Below, in pieces: positions 37,501-52,224 of a stretch of 64,000 nt of DNA. The translations under genes and the position numbers were made by a program. A model generated the notes under the pieces. The model was not told the origin of the DNA, made no database searches, and was given only the letters and a program-made list of their open reading frames with translations. The DNA is from Macrostomum lignano (taxonomy: Eukaryota): positions 62,001-126,000 of the forward strand of contig NIVC01002631.1 of NCBI GenBank assembly GCA_002269645.1. Direction: 5' to 3'. Positions within the stretch are counted from its first letter, which is position 1. Each line of letters starts with the position of its first letter.

Positions 37501-40500
37501 TTTGGCAAGGCCAGCTTGAAGACAGGAATTCTTACTTTGGCCTTTGACTTTGCAATTTTTGCAGATCGCCATAAGTTTTCTTGCGGTGGAGGAGGGTTAG
37601 GGGGGGGGGGGGCAGCGGTGTGCGTACGTTCAACTCGGGCCGTGAGGCACCGTCACTTCTCTCACCCTTCATATGTTTGCAGTACTTGTATGTAACGCTG
37701 AAAAATCTCATGCCTAGCTTAACAGCTTTTGATTATATCGATAAGTAGCAATACAGCAAGTCTTCAAGAGGCTTTGCTTTTTTTTCTAAGCTTGTTGTTG
37801 TTAGTTACAAGTCTGTTTTCGGCAAACTCGCAGACGGCCAGGAGGAGTCGGAAATGGAGGAAGCCGCTCGAGTTCGACTGCGAGGCAAAGCGGCCGAAGG
37901 TATCCAACGATGGAGCACTATGCAGCAGCCGGTTGCTAAGGACTCTTCTCCGCCAACTTCCGTTGCTAAGGAGTTGCCAACGAGAGGTAGACCAATCACG
38001 GAGCTCGTGTCTCAGCTGCAGCAGCAGGCTGGAGAGCAGGACACTAAAAGCAAGAAGGGGTCGCCTTGGGCATCATCGATTGGGAAACGGTTGAAGTGAG
38101 TCGCTTTGATTGACAGCTGCGTTTATTGTCAGGTACTTAGTGTCATATTTTGATAATCCTAATCCTAATTCAGTGAGAAACAGTCTCAGACACGAAAATA
38201 CTTAAAATGCAAGATACAAGATAAATGCTATGAGAGTCCCGGTGTCTCAAATCTCTATGAGAATCCAGGTGTCTCATATCATGATAATCCAGGTGTCTCA
38301 TGTCTCTATGAGAAACCAGGTGTCTCAAATCTCTATGAGAATCCAGGTGTCTGAAATCTCCAAGAAAATCCAGGTGTCTCAAATCTCCAAGAAAATCCAG
38401 GTGTCTCAAATCTCCAAGAAAATCCAGGTGTCTCAAATCTCCAAGAAAATCCAGGTGTCTCAAATCTCCAAGAAAATCCAGGTGTCTCAAATCTCCAAGA
38501 AAATCCATGTGTCTCAAATCTCCATGAGAATCCATGTGTCTCAAATCTCTATGAGAAACCAGGTGTCTCAAATCTCTATGAGAAACCAGGTGTCTCAAAT
38601 CTCTATGAGAATCCAGGTGTCTCACATCTCCATGAGAATCCAGGTGTCTCACATCTCTATGAGAATCCAGGTGTCTCAAATCTCTATGAGAATCCAGGTG
38701 TCTCACATCTCCATGAGAATCCAGGTGTCTCACATCTCCATGAGAATCCAGGTGTCTCAAATCTCTATGAGAAACCAGGTGTCTCAAATCTCTATGAGAA
38801 ACCAGGTGTCTCAAATCTCCATGAGAATCCAGGTGTCTCACATCTCTATGAGAATCCAGGTGTCTCACATCTCCATGAGAATCCAGGTGTCTCAAATCTC
38901 TATGAGAATCCAGGTGTCTCACATCTCCATGAGAATCCAGGTGTCTCAAATCTCCATGAAAATCCAGGTGTCTCAAATCTCTATGAGAATCCAGGTGTCT
39001 CAAATCTCCATGAGAATCCAGGTGTCTCATAACTCTTTGAGAATCCAGGTGTCTCATAACTCTATGAGAATCCAGGTGTCTCAAATCTCCATGAGAATCC
39101 AGGTGTCTCAAATCTCCATGAGAATCCAGGTGTCTCAAATCTCTATGAGAATCCAGGTGTCTCAAATCTCTATGAGAATCCAGGTGTCTCACATCTCCAT
39201 CAGAATCCAGGTGTCTCAAATCTCTATGAGAATCCAGGTGTCTCACATCTCCATGAGAATCCAGGTGTCTCAAATCTCTATGAGAATCCAGGTGTCTCAC
39301 ATCTCCATGAGAATCCAGGTGTCTCAAATCTCCATGAAAATCCAGGTGTCTCAAATCTCTATGAGAATCCAGGTGTCTCAAATCTCCATGAGAATCCAGG
39401 TGTCTCATAACTCTTTGAGAATCCAGGTGTCTCATAACTCTATGAGAATCCAGGTGTCTCAAATCTCCATGAGAATCCAGGTGTCTCAAATCTCCATGAG
39501 AATCCAGGTGTCTCAAATCTCTATGAGAATCCAGGTGTCTCACATCTCCATGAGAATCCAGGTGTCTCACATCTCCATGAGAATCCAGGTGTCTCAAATC
39601 TCTATGAGAATCCAGGTGTCTCACATCTCCATGAGAATCCAGGTGTCTCAAATCTCTATAAGAATCCAGGTGTCTCAAATCTCCAAGAAAATCCGGGTGT
39701 CTCAAGTCTCTATGAAAATCCAGGTGTCTCAAATCTCTATGAGAATCCGGGTGTCTCAAATCTCTATGAGAATCCAGGTGTCTCACATCTCCATGAGAAT
39801 CTAGGTGTCTCAAATCTCCATGAGAATCCAGGTGTCTCAAATCTATGAGAATCCAGGTGTCTCAAAGCTCTAGGAGAATCCACGTGTCCAAAAGTATCAA
39901 TGTGAACACTTAAACTTAGGCTTTAACCAAACCTAATCACAAGCAGAAGCAGAACCCACAAGCAGAAACATAACAGCATAGGTTACTACTGTAGCTGGTA
40001 AGTCTGCATTTCCGTTAATGTAAACAGATAAGCTCTATCTAAAATGAACGCTTCAAATGCGCAGTTCAAATCTTTGACTTTCAAAGCATTTTCGCATACA
40101 GCAAGCAGTTTTGAAATTCTTTGCTGTCTCACTTCTATGTCTCTTCTCAACTTTAAGATTGATTCATTTACTTTGTTAAACTGTGCCACTGTGTCTTCTA
40201 AAATTGCGCTCTTATTTTTTTATTCACTCTGCTGGGTTCCACACACTGAAAAAAGGCATGAGAGCTAAAAAGTATTTTAAAATGTCTACTATTGTCTTCG
40301 ACCCACAACTGACGCATTCTTTGACCTAAAATTGACCCACTTAGCTATGCTTGACCCATGTAGCTTTTTATGACCCATGTTTGACCCATTTAGCTTTCTG
40401 TGATCCGTGCTTGACCCACGTATCTTTCTATGACCCATGCTTGACCCGCGTATCTTTCTATAACCCATGCTTGACCCATGTAGCTTTCTATGACCCATGC

Positions 40501-43500
40501 TTGACCCACTTATCTTTCTTTGACCCACAATTGACCCACGTATCTTTCTATGACCCATGCTTGACCCATGTAACTTTCTATGACCCATGCTTGACCCATG
40601 TAGCTTTCTATGAACCATGCTTGACCCATGTAGCTTTCTATGACCCATGCTTGACCCACGTATCTTTCTATGACCCATGATTGTTGACCCACGTATCTTT
40701 CTATGACCCATGCTTGACCCACGTAGCCTTCTATGGTCTAAGTTTGACTCATTCAACCTTCCTTAACCTAGGCTTGACCCACGAAGCCTTCTATGACTCA
40801 CAAATTTGACGCTGAATAGACTCAAGTTTAAAATGTTCCAATTGACTAACCCTCAGCCTCCCGCCCCATCAAATTTCGAATTCTTCGCCAGCTTTCGCGA
40901 GCAGACCCGGCCGCACTCGCGTAGCCTCGACGAATCCGGTGAGACCAGCAGCGGAGACGAGCAGCAGGTCGCCGCCAGTCAGCAGACGAAGCCTTCAGCG
41001 GATCAGTCGTCGGCCCAGCAGGCGGCCGAGGAGGCGGTCCGGACATCGCCGGCCAAGCACCAGTACAAGCTGCGGAGCAGCACGGCGCCTCTGCCCGGTG
41101 CCAGCGGCAGTCTGGCGGATCGGCTGCAGGCGCTGCAGAAAAGCGGCGAGCAAAACTGGAAGCAGCGCGTTTCGCCGAGGTGATTCACGTAGTTTTGAGG
41201 GCTGGCGTGTCTGACTCATTAGTTTATGACTGTCTGACTCATTAGTTTATGACTGTCTGACTCATTAGTTTATCACTGCCTGACTCATTAGTTTATCACT
41301 GCCTGACTCATTACTTTATCACTGCCTGACTCATTAGTTTATCACTGCCTGACTCATTACTTTATCACTGTCTGACTCATTAGTTTATCACTGCCTGACT
41401 CATTAGTTTATCACTGCCTGACTCATTAGTTTATGACTGTCTGACTCATTAGTTTATGACTGTCTGACTCATTAGTTTATCACTGCCTGACTCATTAGTT
41501 TATCACTGCCTGACTCATTAGTTTAACACTGTCTGACTCATTAGTTTATGACTGTCTGACTCATTAGTTTATGACTGTCTGACTCATTAGTTTATGACTG
41601 TCTGACTCATTAGTTTATGACTGTCTGACTCATTAGTTTATCACTGCCTGACTCATTAGTTTATCACTGTCTGACTCATTAGTTTATCACTGTCTGACTC
41701 ATTAGTTTATGACTGTCTGACTCATTAGTTTATCACTGCCTGACTCATTAGTTTATCACTGCCTGACTCATTAGTTTATCACTGCCTGACTCATTAGTTT
41801 ATCACTGACTCATAGAAATGTCTGACACTGTTATTGAATGTCTGACACACTTGGCTTATACAAAGTATCTGACACAATTTGTCAATCTACTGACACACTG
41901 CAGCGACCAGGCTCCCTACCCGGCACCTCGCCCCCCCCCCTCTCCCTGCCAGGTCCTCCCCAGACCGGCCGCGCAGCCAAATCGCCGACCTGCAGAGCCA
42001 GCTGATTCGCGAGGAGGCCGTTGGCTGGCGCAGCAAGCAGCCGGCCAGCTCAAGCGATGAGGCGCGCAGCTTCACAGTCCGCAGCCGGCTGGGCGACCTC
42101 GCCAACTCGGAGGCCGCTGAGCGGCTCAGCGGCCTGCTGTCGTCGCCAGCCAGAGGCCAGCTGCCGCGCCGAACCCTGACCTGCTCGCCGCCCCCCGGAG
42201 CCGCTGCGGCAGCCGCCGCGGCTGAATCGGACGGAGTGGCCGGCGGCCGGCCGGACAGTCTGAGCTTTGATTCGGACGAAACCGCCGGCTCTGGATTCGC
42301 TTTTGCTTCGATTTATGTGAGCTGTCTGTGACCTTTTTTGACTCCAGCCCGACCCAGAGGCCTTTCTTGACCCTATCCTAACCAGATTCGACCCGTTCGA
42401 CTTTCATTGACCCAGATCCGACCCATTCGCCTTTCACTGACCCAGATCCGACCCACGCGATTTTCATTGACCCAAATCCGACCCATTCGCCTTTCACTGA
42501 CCCAGATCCGACCCACGCGATTTTCATTGACCCAAATCCGACCCATTCGGCTTTCACTGACCCAGATCTGACCCACGAGACTTTCATTGACCCAGATCCG
42601 ACCCACGCGATTTTAATTGACAAAGATCCGACCCATTCGACTTTCATTGACCCAGATTCGACCCACGCGATTTTCATTGACCCAGATCCGACCCATTCGA
42701 CTTTCATTAACCCAAGTACGGCCCATTCGACTTTCATTGACCCAGGTCCGATCCACACGACTTTCAATGACCCAGATCCGACCCACACGACTTTCAATTA
42801 CCCAGATCCGACCCACGCGACTTTCATTGACCCAGCTCCGACACACACGGCTTTCAATGACCCAGATCCGACCCACACGACTTTCATTGACCCAGATCCG
42901 ACCCACGCGACTTTCATTGACCCAGATCTGACTCATTTTGAGTTTCATGGACCCAGCTCTGACCATTCGGCTTTCACTGACCCAGCTCTGACCAACGCGA
43001 CTTTCATTGACCCAGATCCAACCCACGCGACTTTCATTGACCCAGATTCGACCCATTCTACTCTCATTGACCCAAATCTGACTCTGCTTATACCCCTTGA
43101 CCTCAATCCTTACCTGATATCTCTGGTAATTTATTCCTATAACTATTCCGTCGCCAGATGAGCGAGACTGCCGAGCAGTTTTTTCCCAGCATGGAGCCGG
43201 AGGACCTGACCCCAGCTGACGCAGTTAAGCCAAAGGACGAGGACGAGAATGAGAAAACTCAGCAATCAGCTGTTGCAATCGATGAGCCACCTCAGATTGA
43301 CCCCGAAGGTGGCGCTGAGATAGCGTGAGTCAATCTAATTATTATAATCATCTTCACGCTCACTTTCACTCTCATTGTCGCCCTCACTGTCACTCTCATT
43401 GTCACCCTCACTAGCACTCTCACTGTCACTCTCATTATCACCTTCACTGTCACTCTCATTTTCACTCTCACTGTCACTCTAATTTTCACTCTCATTGTCA

Positions 43501-46500
43501 CCCTCACCGTCACTCTCATTTTCACCCTCACTGTCCTCTAATTGTCACTCTCATTGTCACCCTCACTGTCACTCTTATTTTCACTCTCACTGTCACTCTA
43601 ATTTTCACTCTCATTGTCACTCTCATTGTCACCTTCACTGTCACTCTTATTGTCACCCTCACTGTCACTTTCATTGGCACTCTCACTGTCACTCTCATTG
43701 TCACCCTCACTGTCACTTTCATTGTCACCCTCACTGCCACTCTCATTGTCACCCTCACTGTCACTTGTAATTGCCTCGCAATATTATTATCAATTTGTTC
43801 TAAATAGGCGAGTGAGTTATATTATAAATGTACATCTTGTGTCGCATGAGTCATGTACGCCGTATTATTGATTTGTACGCGTAGAACCTCAAATATATAT
43901 ATATATCACTAACCTGGCCAGTTTGGGCCCCGCCTATGATTTTCTCGCTCAGCTTAACACGCGGCCTTCAGACTTTACAGTGGCGTCGCAAGCAAGCCCA
44001 CTTTGTCCAGTCACTCATGGCTCAATTCATCTCACTGCCACCCCCTGAGCAATTCAGCACTAGTGCAGATCAACAGAATGCCGGTAAACGCTGGAACAAA
44101 TGGTCCGATCATTTTTGTGACTTTATCGAAGCGTCAGGCATCAAAGACGAAACTCAGAAGTGCAAGCTCCTGGCCTACACGGCCGGCAGAGAAATCGCGC
44201 AAATCATTAAAGACCTGCCAGATGACAAGAAAGACAGCCTCGAAACTCTGCTCGCAGCAATAAAAGAGCACTTAAAGGAGCGCAACAACATCGTATTTGC
44301 CCGCTATCAGTTTCGACTATGCGTTCAGCAAACCGGAGAGCCAGTGGACTCCTGGTACTCCCGACTCAACTCAGCGGCCGAGACATGCGAGTCAAGGACT
44401 CCCTAATCAGAGATCAGATAGTGGCGGCATGCTGCTCCGATAAACTTGGGCGAAGATTGCTGCAGGAGTCCAACATCTCTCTCGGCGATGCGTTGAGACA
44501 AGCGCGCGCGTTTGAAGCAGCAGAAGAGCAGGCTACGGCCATTGAGAACTCCAGTAGCATCGCAGCAGTGCACAGAGCGGCACCGAAGCAGTTCAGAGAC
44601 AGCGGAACGCGCCAGAACAGTCAGCGGGTCCCTGGCGGCCAAGCAAACAGCGGCCCAACCAGCTGCTATCGATGCGGCGAACGCGGGCGCAGCTCATGCA
44701 ATGCGGCAAAAGGCAAAACCTGCCTGGCATGCGGCAAGCCAAACCATCTCGCCAAAGCATGCAGACAACGCAGGCCTCAAACAAGCTCCAGCATCAACGC
44801 CGTAGCGGACAAAGAAGCTAAGGAGGTCTTCATCGATCACGATTCGCTAAATGAGGAGGCCTTCACTATCCAGTCGCAAAAAAACGGCACCCAGACGCAA
44901 CTCCGCCAACACTAATCTGAGGATCGAGGGCAAGGACTTCATCGTACTCGTGGATAGTGGAGCCAGCTGCAACGTCATGAGCGAGGAGAACTTCCGGCGG
45001 CTAAGAAATGTTCGACTGCGCAGCGCCATCCATCCAATTTTCAGCTACGGGTCCACAACGCCTCTCCAAGTCCTGGGTGTCGCTGACCTCAACGTGAGCA
45101 CCACAGCTAGCAGACAACTAGCTTCATTCTACATCACCAAAGGCTGTGGAACCACACTACTCGGTCGAGAAACCGCTTTCAACATGGGAATTCTGCACAT
45201 CCAACATCCAACAGTTGAAGTCAACTCGGTGCAGCCCACGGAAAATCTAGCCGCATCAGGTATTCAAGAGCTGTTCTCCAAGTACAGAGATGTCGACCAA
45301 GATCTTCCAACCGAACTCCGCATCAGCAGCATCCTTGGTGAGTTTAAGTCAATCTTCGAAGGCCTTGGCTGCGTTAAGGATGTCGAGGTCGACGTTCGTC
45401 TTCGACCAGAAGCTGTCCCAGTCTGTCACCCACCCTCCAGAGTTCCCGTACACCAGCGGTCGGCGGTCATCGCGGAACTTCAGGCTCTCCTCGACCAAGG
45501 AATCATCGAGCGCGTCAACGGCCCGTCACCGTGGGTCTCCCGCATGGTTGTCGTCCCGAAAGAAGGCGGTGGCATCCGCATCTGCCAAGACCTGCGCGAC
45601 GTCAACTCATTTGCCGTGCCAGAAAAGCAGCCCATCCCAACCTTTGAGGAGATCACGGACGAAATGGCGGGTTCCACGGTATTCAGCGAGCTCGACATCA
45701 CAAAGGCTTTCCACCAAATTCTTGTCAAACCGGAATCCCGTCACGTCTTCACCTTCAGCACCCCACTGGGTCTCATGCGACTGACCAGACTCAGCATGGG
45801 ATTCACCAACGCCTCCGAGATACTGCAAAGGGTTATGACAGGCGTCCTGAGCGGCCTTGATGGTGTCCGATGGGCACACGATGACATCACCGTCTTTGCG
45901 AGCACGATGGAAGAGCACAACATCCGACTAAAACAGTGCTTCAAGCGCCTAAAAGACCATGGAATCACACTCAACCCGAACAAGTGTCGCCTGGCACAGC
46001 CTTTCATCGATTTTCTTGGTATGCGCATCAGCGCACGAGGCGTTCAGCCTGCAGCCGAGAAGATCAAGGCCGTCAAAGACTTTAAGGAGCCAACAAATGT
46101 GTCAGAGCTGCGCTCATTCCTCGGTTTGGCCACCTACCTGTCCAGGTTCGTTCCGAACTTCTCAGATCTGACGCAGCCAATGCGAGAACTGCTAAAAAAG
46201 GTCATAAATGGTGCTGGTCAGAAAGGCAACAAGAAGCATTCCTGCAAACAAGAGCAGCGATCTGCAAGGAGAGCGTCCTGGCCTTCTTTGACGTGAATCT
46301 CCCAACAGAAGTTCATGTGGACGCCTCGCCAGTCGGCCTGGGTGCCATTCTCAGCCAGGTGGATGAGAAAGGCGTTCGCAAACCGGTCGCCTTCGCCAGC
46401 AGGTCGCTCACGCCAGTTGAGCAGCGATACGCCCAAATTGAACGCGAGGCGCTTGCGGTGAAATTCGGGTGCCTACGTTTCGAGCACTACCTCAGCGGCT

Positions 46501-49500
46501 GCCCAGATCTCACAGTCATCACGGATCACCGCCCATTAGTCCCGCTTTTTCAACCTGGTTCCAGGCCTCCACCAAGGATTGAACGGATGGCTTTAAGAGT
46601 GCAGCACCTCAAATTCAAGCTCATCTATCAGCCGGGGCCACAGAATCCAGCGGATGTCCTCAGTAGACAACCTGAAATGCAGACAAAGGACAACCCCGGG
46701 GAACTCCTGGACAGACGCTTCATCAACGCAGTCGCCATCGGCTCTACTCCGAAAGGACTGAACTTTGCAACGATTCAGGAGGCTTCAAAGTCAGACGGCA
46801 CGATCCAAGCAGCTCTATCAGCTCTACGAACTGGCCAATGGGACAAGCAGAACAGAGAACTTCGAGCCTTGTCCTGCCTGCAGAAGGAGCTTTCAGAACA
46901 TGACGGCGTGCTACTACGGCGCTCGTTGATCGTGATCCCGAGCAGCTTACGTCGGACGGTGCTCCAGCTGGCACATGCAGGCCACCAATGCTGGCGAAAA
47001 ACTATGGACAGACTGCAAACCAAAGTATGGTGGCCAGCTATGAGAAGCGACTGCCAGACGTTCGTCCAGTCTTGCTTCCCCTGCCAAGCGACATCGCCGA
47101 AGAGCCTCGCACCGCCACCACTCTCACCGTCGCAACTTCCGGACGGAGCATGGCTGGTTCTTGGAATGGACTTTTACGGCCCAGTCCAAGGGAAAATGCT
47201 CCTGGTGACAACCGATCTCTTTTCAAAATTTCCCGAGGTCGACATAGTCAGCTCAACATCAGCAGAGGCAGTGCTTCCGCATCTCCGGACTCTGTTTAGC
47301 AGATACGGCATCCCGTTGGAAATCGTCAGCGACAATGGACCTCCGTTTAACTCGGCAGAATTCACAAACTTCCTCTCAGAGTTCGGCATCAAGCATCGCC
47401 GGATCTGTCCGCTGCACCCCGAGGCGAACGGAGCGACCGAGCGAGTCAACAGGTGCATCAACAAGGTCATCAGAGCGGCCATCGCAGAAGGACGCAACTG
47501 GCGCACCGCACTCGACGACTGGCTGCTCGCTCATCGCGTCACTCCGCACTCGGCAACCGGCGTGGCACCAGCCGAACTGCTCATGGGCCGAGCTCTCAAC
47601 GACGGCCTCCCGTCAATCCAACCATCGCAACCTGTGCAGCACGACCGAGCCGAGCTCGCAAAGCGCCACGAGGCCTATAACAACCAGATGGCAGCAGGTT
47701 TCAACCGCTCCAGGAGGGCCAAGGCAGCCAATGTCAAGCCGGGTTCGGCGGTTCTCCGCAAGCGGACGAGACGCACGAAAATTCAAACGCCTTTCGAGCT
47801 CGAACCCTGGACCGTCACTGACAAGCGAGGCGATTCCTACGTCCTGCGGCGAGGCGACCGGACATGCACTCGCCACCTGACGCACATCCGGCCTCTGACA
47901 GCGACCACCACCAGAAGCGGACGCTGGCGCCGCCTCGCCGGAGCGCGGCATTGCTGAGAGGCCGCACCCGAGAGCGGCCAAGGACAAGCCTATCAGCTAC
48001 AGAGTTTAACGGGTTTTGACGGGTAACTGGTGCTAAGGGCTGAGACAAATGTTTTTTTACCCTTAATGTTTTATTCCTTTTTCCTTATCCTTTTAATCCG
48101 CATTTTTGAGCTTTTTCGTTTTTGGGGAGAAGTGTAATTGCCTCGCAATATTATTATCAATTTGTTCTAAATAGGCGAGTGAGTTATATTATAAATGTAC
48201 ATCTTGTGTCGCATGAGTCATGTACGCCGTATTATTGATTTGTACGCGTAGAACCTCAAATATATATATATATCACTAACCTGGCCAGTTTGGGCCCCGC
48301 CTATGATTTTCTCGCTCAGCTTAACACGCGGCCTTCAGACTTTACATCACTCATTGCCACTCACTGTCACTCTAATTTTCACTCTCATTGGCACTCTCAT
48401 TCTCACCCTCACTGTCACTCTCATTGTCACCCTCACTGTCACCCTCACTGTTACTCTCGTTGTCACCCTCACTGTCACTCTCATTGTCACCCTCACTGTC
48501 ACTCTCATTGTCACCCTCACTGTCACTCTCATTGTCACCCTTACCTTCACCCTCCTTAGCAGCGACCTCGTCCAGCTGCGTCGCCGACCGATGCCGCAGA
48601 ACCGGCGACGCGCTCAGAAGAATCCGGTGCGGGCCCGAGCCCAGCTGGAGCAATCGGCCGCTTCTCCATCGGGCTCCCCAGCCTCCTCCGTGGCCCAGCG
48701 GGACTCCTCGGCTACCCCGCCGCCTGCGGCATCGGCGCCCAAGACTGAAGACAAGGCTCGGCCATCGTCGAAGGTTAACCAAGGTGTGCAGCTCACGTTA
48801 TCATATGCCTATTTGCTTATTCTTTCCATCTTCCCTCCTGCCTCCCTGCCCTCCAGTCCCCTACCCTCCTGTTTCCTACCCTCCTGTCTCCTACCCTCCT
48901 GTTTCCTACCCTCCTGTCCCCTACCCTCCTGTCTCCTACCCTCCTGTCTCCTACCCTCCTGTCTCCTACCCTCCTGTTTCCTACCCTCTTGTCTCTTACC
49001 CTCCTGTCTCCTACCCCTGTCCCCTACCCTCCTGTCTCCCTACCCTCCTGTCTCCTACCCTCTTGTCTCCTACCCTCCTGTCTCCTACCCTCCTGTCTCC
49101 TACCCTCCTGTCTCCTACCCTCCTGTCTCCTACCCTCCTGTCTCCTACCCTCCTGTCTCCCTACCCTCCTGTCTCCTACCCCCGTCCCCTACCCTCCTGT
49201 CTCCTACCCTCTTGTCTCCTACCCTCCTGTCTCCTACCCTCCTGTCTCCTACCCTCCTGTCTCCTACCCTCCTGTCTCCTACCCTCCTGTCTACCTACCC
49301 TCCTGTCTCCCTACCTTCCTGTCCCCTACCCTCCTGTCCCCTTACCCTCCTGTCTCCCTGCCTTCCTGCTTACCTACCCCCTGTCTACCTTCCCTCCTAT
49401 CCACCTCGCTACCCTCCATTCTACTCCATTCTACCCACTCTAATCCAGCCCCCGCCCACTCCGCAGGCCTAGCCAAGGAGGCCATCCAGGGTCTGCAGGC

Positions 49501-51692
49501 CAAGGTAGACCTGGACGCCGTCAGCCTGCAGCGCGCCGACCCCGCCGCCCCGGTGGGACCCTTCGGCGCTATCAGCCAGGCGCACAAGTCCCTGATGCTG
49601 GTACAGATCAAAGGTCGCCGACAGGCCCAGGCTCGCCTTGTCAGGCCGCGCCATCAGTCCCTGTGCAGCGGCGACTGCTACCTGCTGGTTAGTCGAGACG
49701 CTGTCTACCTGTGGCAGGGCGAGCTCACCAACGTGTTGGAGGCCAGCAAGGCGTCTGAGCTGGCCAAATGGGTCGCAGCCAAGCGCGCTCTGGGATACGC
49801 GGGCTCCTCTAGCGAGCCCCTGCAGCTGTCCAGCTCCGATGTCAGCTCGTCCAAGTCGGCCAGGTTCTGGCGTTTGTTGGGCTACGAATCGCCGCAGGAG
49901 GTCCGGCCTCCGCTTGCAGACGAGGAGGACTCGGTTTATGAGCAGCTGCTGGCCGACACTAACGCTTATTATAGGGTGGACACTGCCGCGTGTGAGCCAC
50001 AATTGTCACTCTCGTATATGTCACATTGTCACTCTCGTATTTGCCACATTGTCACTCTCGTATATGTCACATTGTCACTCTCGTATATGTCACATTGTCA
50101 CTCTCGTATATGTCACATTGTCACTCTCGTATATGTCACATTGTCACTCTCGTATATGTCACATTGTCACTCTCGTATATGTCACATTGTCACTCTCGTA
50201 TATGTCACATTGTCACTCTTGTATATGACACATTGTCACTCTTGTATATGACACATTGTCACTCTCGTATATGTCACATTGTCACTCTCGTATATGTCAC
50301 ATTGTCACTCTCGTATATGTCACATTGTCACTCTCGTATATGTCACATTGTCACTCTCGTATATGTCACATTGTCACTCTCGTATATGTCACATTGTCAC
50401 TCTCGTATATGTCACATTGTCACTCTCGTATATGTCACATTGTCACTCTTGTATATGACACATTGTCACTCTTGTATATGACACATTGTCACTCTCGTAT
50501 GGATCACATTATCCCTCTCATATGGATCCCATTGTCACACTCAACAGACCTCCCATTGTCACACTCAACAGAGCTCCCATTGTCACACTCAACAGAGCTC
50601 CCATTGTCACACTCAACAGAGCTCCCATTGTCACACTCAACAGAGCTCCCATTGTCACACTCAACAGAGCTCCCATTGTCACACTCAACAGAGCTCCCAT
50701 TGTCACACTCAACAGACCTCCCATTGTGACACACAACAGGCCTCCTATTGTCACACTCAACAGACCTCCCATTGTCACACTCAACAGAGCTCCCATTGTC
50801 ACACTCAACAGAGCTCCCATTGTCACACTCAACAGAGCTCCCATTGTCACACTCAACAGACCTCCCATTGTCACACTCAACAGAGCTCCCATTGTCACAC
50901 TCAACAGACCTCCCATTGTCACACTCAACAGGCCTCCCATTGTCACACTCAACAGGCCTCCCATTGTCACACTCAACAGAGCTCCCATTGTCACACTCAA
51001 CAGACCTCCCATTGTCACACTCAACAGGCCTCCCATTGTCACACTCAAACGAGCTCCCATTGTCACTCTGATCCAAACCGCAGGCTCCCTGGTTCCGATC
51101 GAAGAGTTCTGGGGCCGGCCAGCCACTCACCGACTGCTCGAGTTGCCAGACACGGACGCAGTGGTGTGCGACTTCGGCTCCGAGGTGTACTTGTGGTGCA
51201 GCCGTCGGGCGGATCGCTACACCCGCCGCCTGGGCGTGAAGCTGGCCGAGCTGCTGTTCAACTCGCCGTACGATTATTCCAGCTGCCTGGTGTCGCCGCT
51301 GGAGCCCTGGCTGGCCCTGACTGGGCGGGCGATCACCGATGGGGACGAGGAGGCATCCGTGCGAGGCGAGCGGCGGCCCGACTGGTGCCTGCTGGGAAAG
51401 GTCGGTCTGGCAGGCATTGGGGGAAATGTACTGTGCAAATACTGCGGGTAAACGGCGGGAGTAAGCTTTAACCTATAGATATTTGCCTCGTCGGCTTATT
51501 AGTTAGACTAATAAGAAAAGTTTTTGGGAAATGGGCCTCTACCTATCTATCCATCCATCTATCTATCCATCCATCTATCTATCCATCTATCTATCCATCT
51601 ATCTATCCATCTATCTATCTATCTATCTATCTATCCATCTATCTATCCATCTATCTATCTATCTATCTATCTATCCATCCATCTATCTATCC

Positions 51693-51727
<35 letters not shown>

Positions 51728-51744
51728 CATCCATCTATCTATCC

Positions 51745-51775
<31 letters not shown>

Positions 51776-51875
51776 CATCCATCTATCTATCCATCTATCT
51801 ATCTATCTATCCATCTATCTATCTATCCATATATCTATCTATCCATCTATCTATCTATCCATCTATCTATCTATC

Positions 51876-51908
<33 letters not shown>

Positions 51909-52005
51909 CATCTATCTATCCATCTATCTATCTATCTATCTATCTATCCATCTATCTATCTATCTATCTATCTATCCATCTATCTATCCATCCATCTATC
52001 TATCC

Positions 52006-52044
<39 letters not shown>

Positions 52045-52141
52045 CATCCATCTATCTATCCATCTATCTATCTATCTATCCATCTATCTATCTATCCATA
52101 TATCTATCTATCCATCTATCTATCTATCCATCTATCTATCC

Positions 52142-52224
<83 letters not shown>

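Noticed and set aside
38170-39840. Long repetitive ORFs (556/524 aa here; also 13147, 48303, 50026-51130, 51524, 52669-53598, 55968, 59188)
   Set aside because: They are translations of stop-free minisatellites inside introns defined by phase-consistent splice sites.
44870-44890. A-AAA-AAC slippery site as a programmed -1 gag-pol frameshift
   Set aside because: The pol frame is +1 relative to gag and the -1 frame stops within 14 codons. Removing one A gives a single ORF, so a homopolymer error is more likely.
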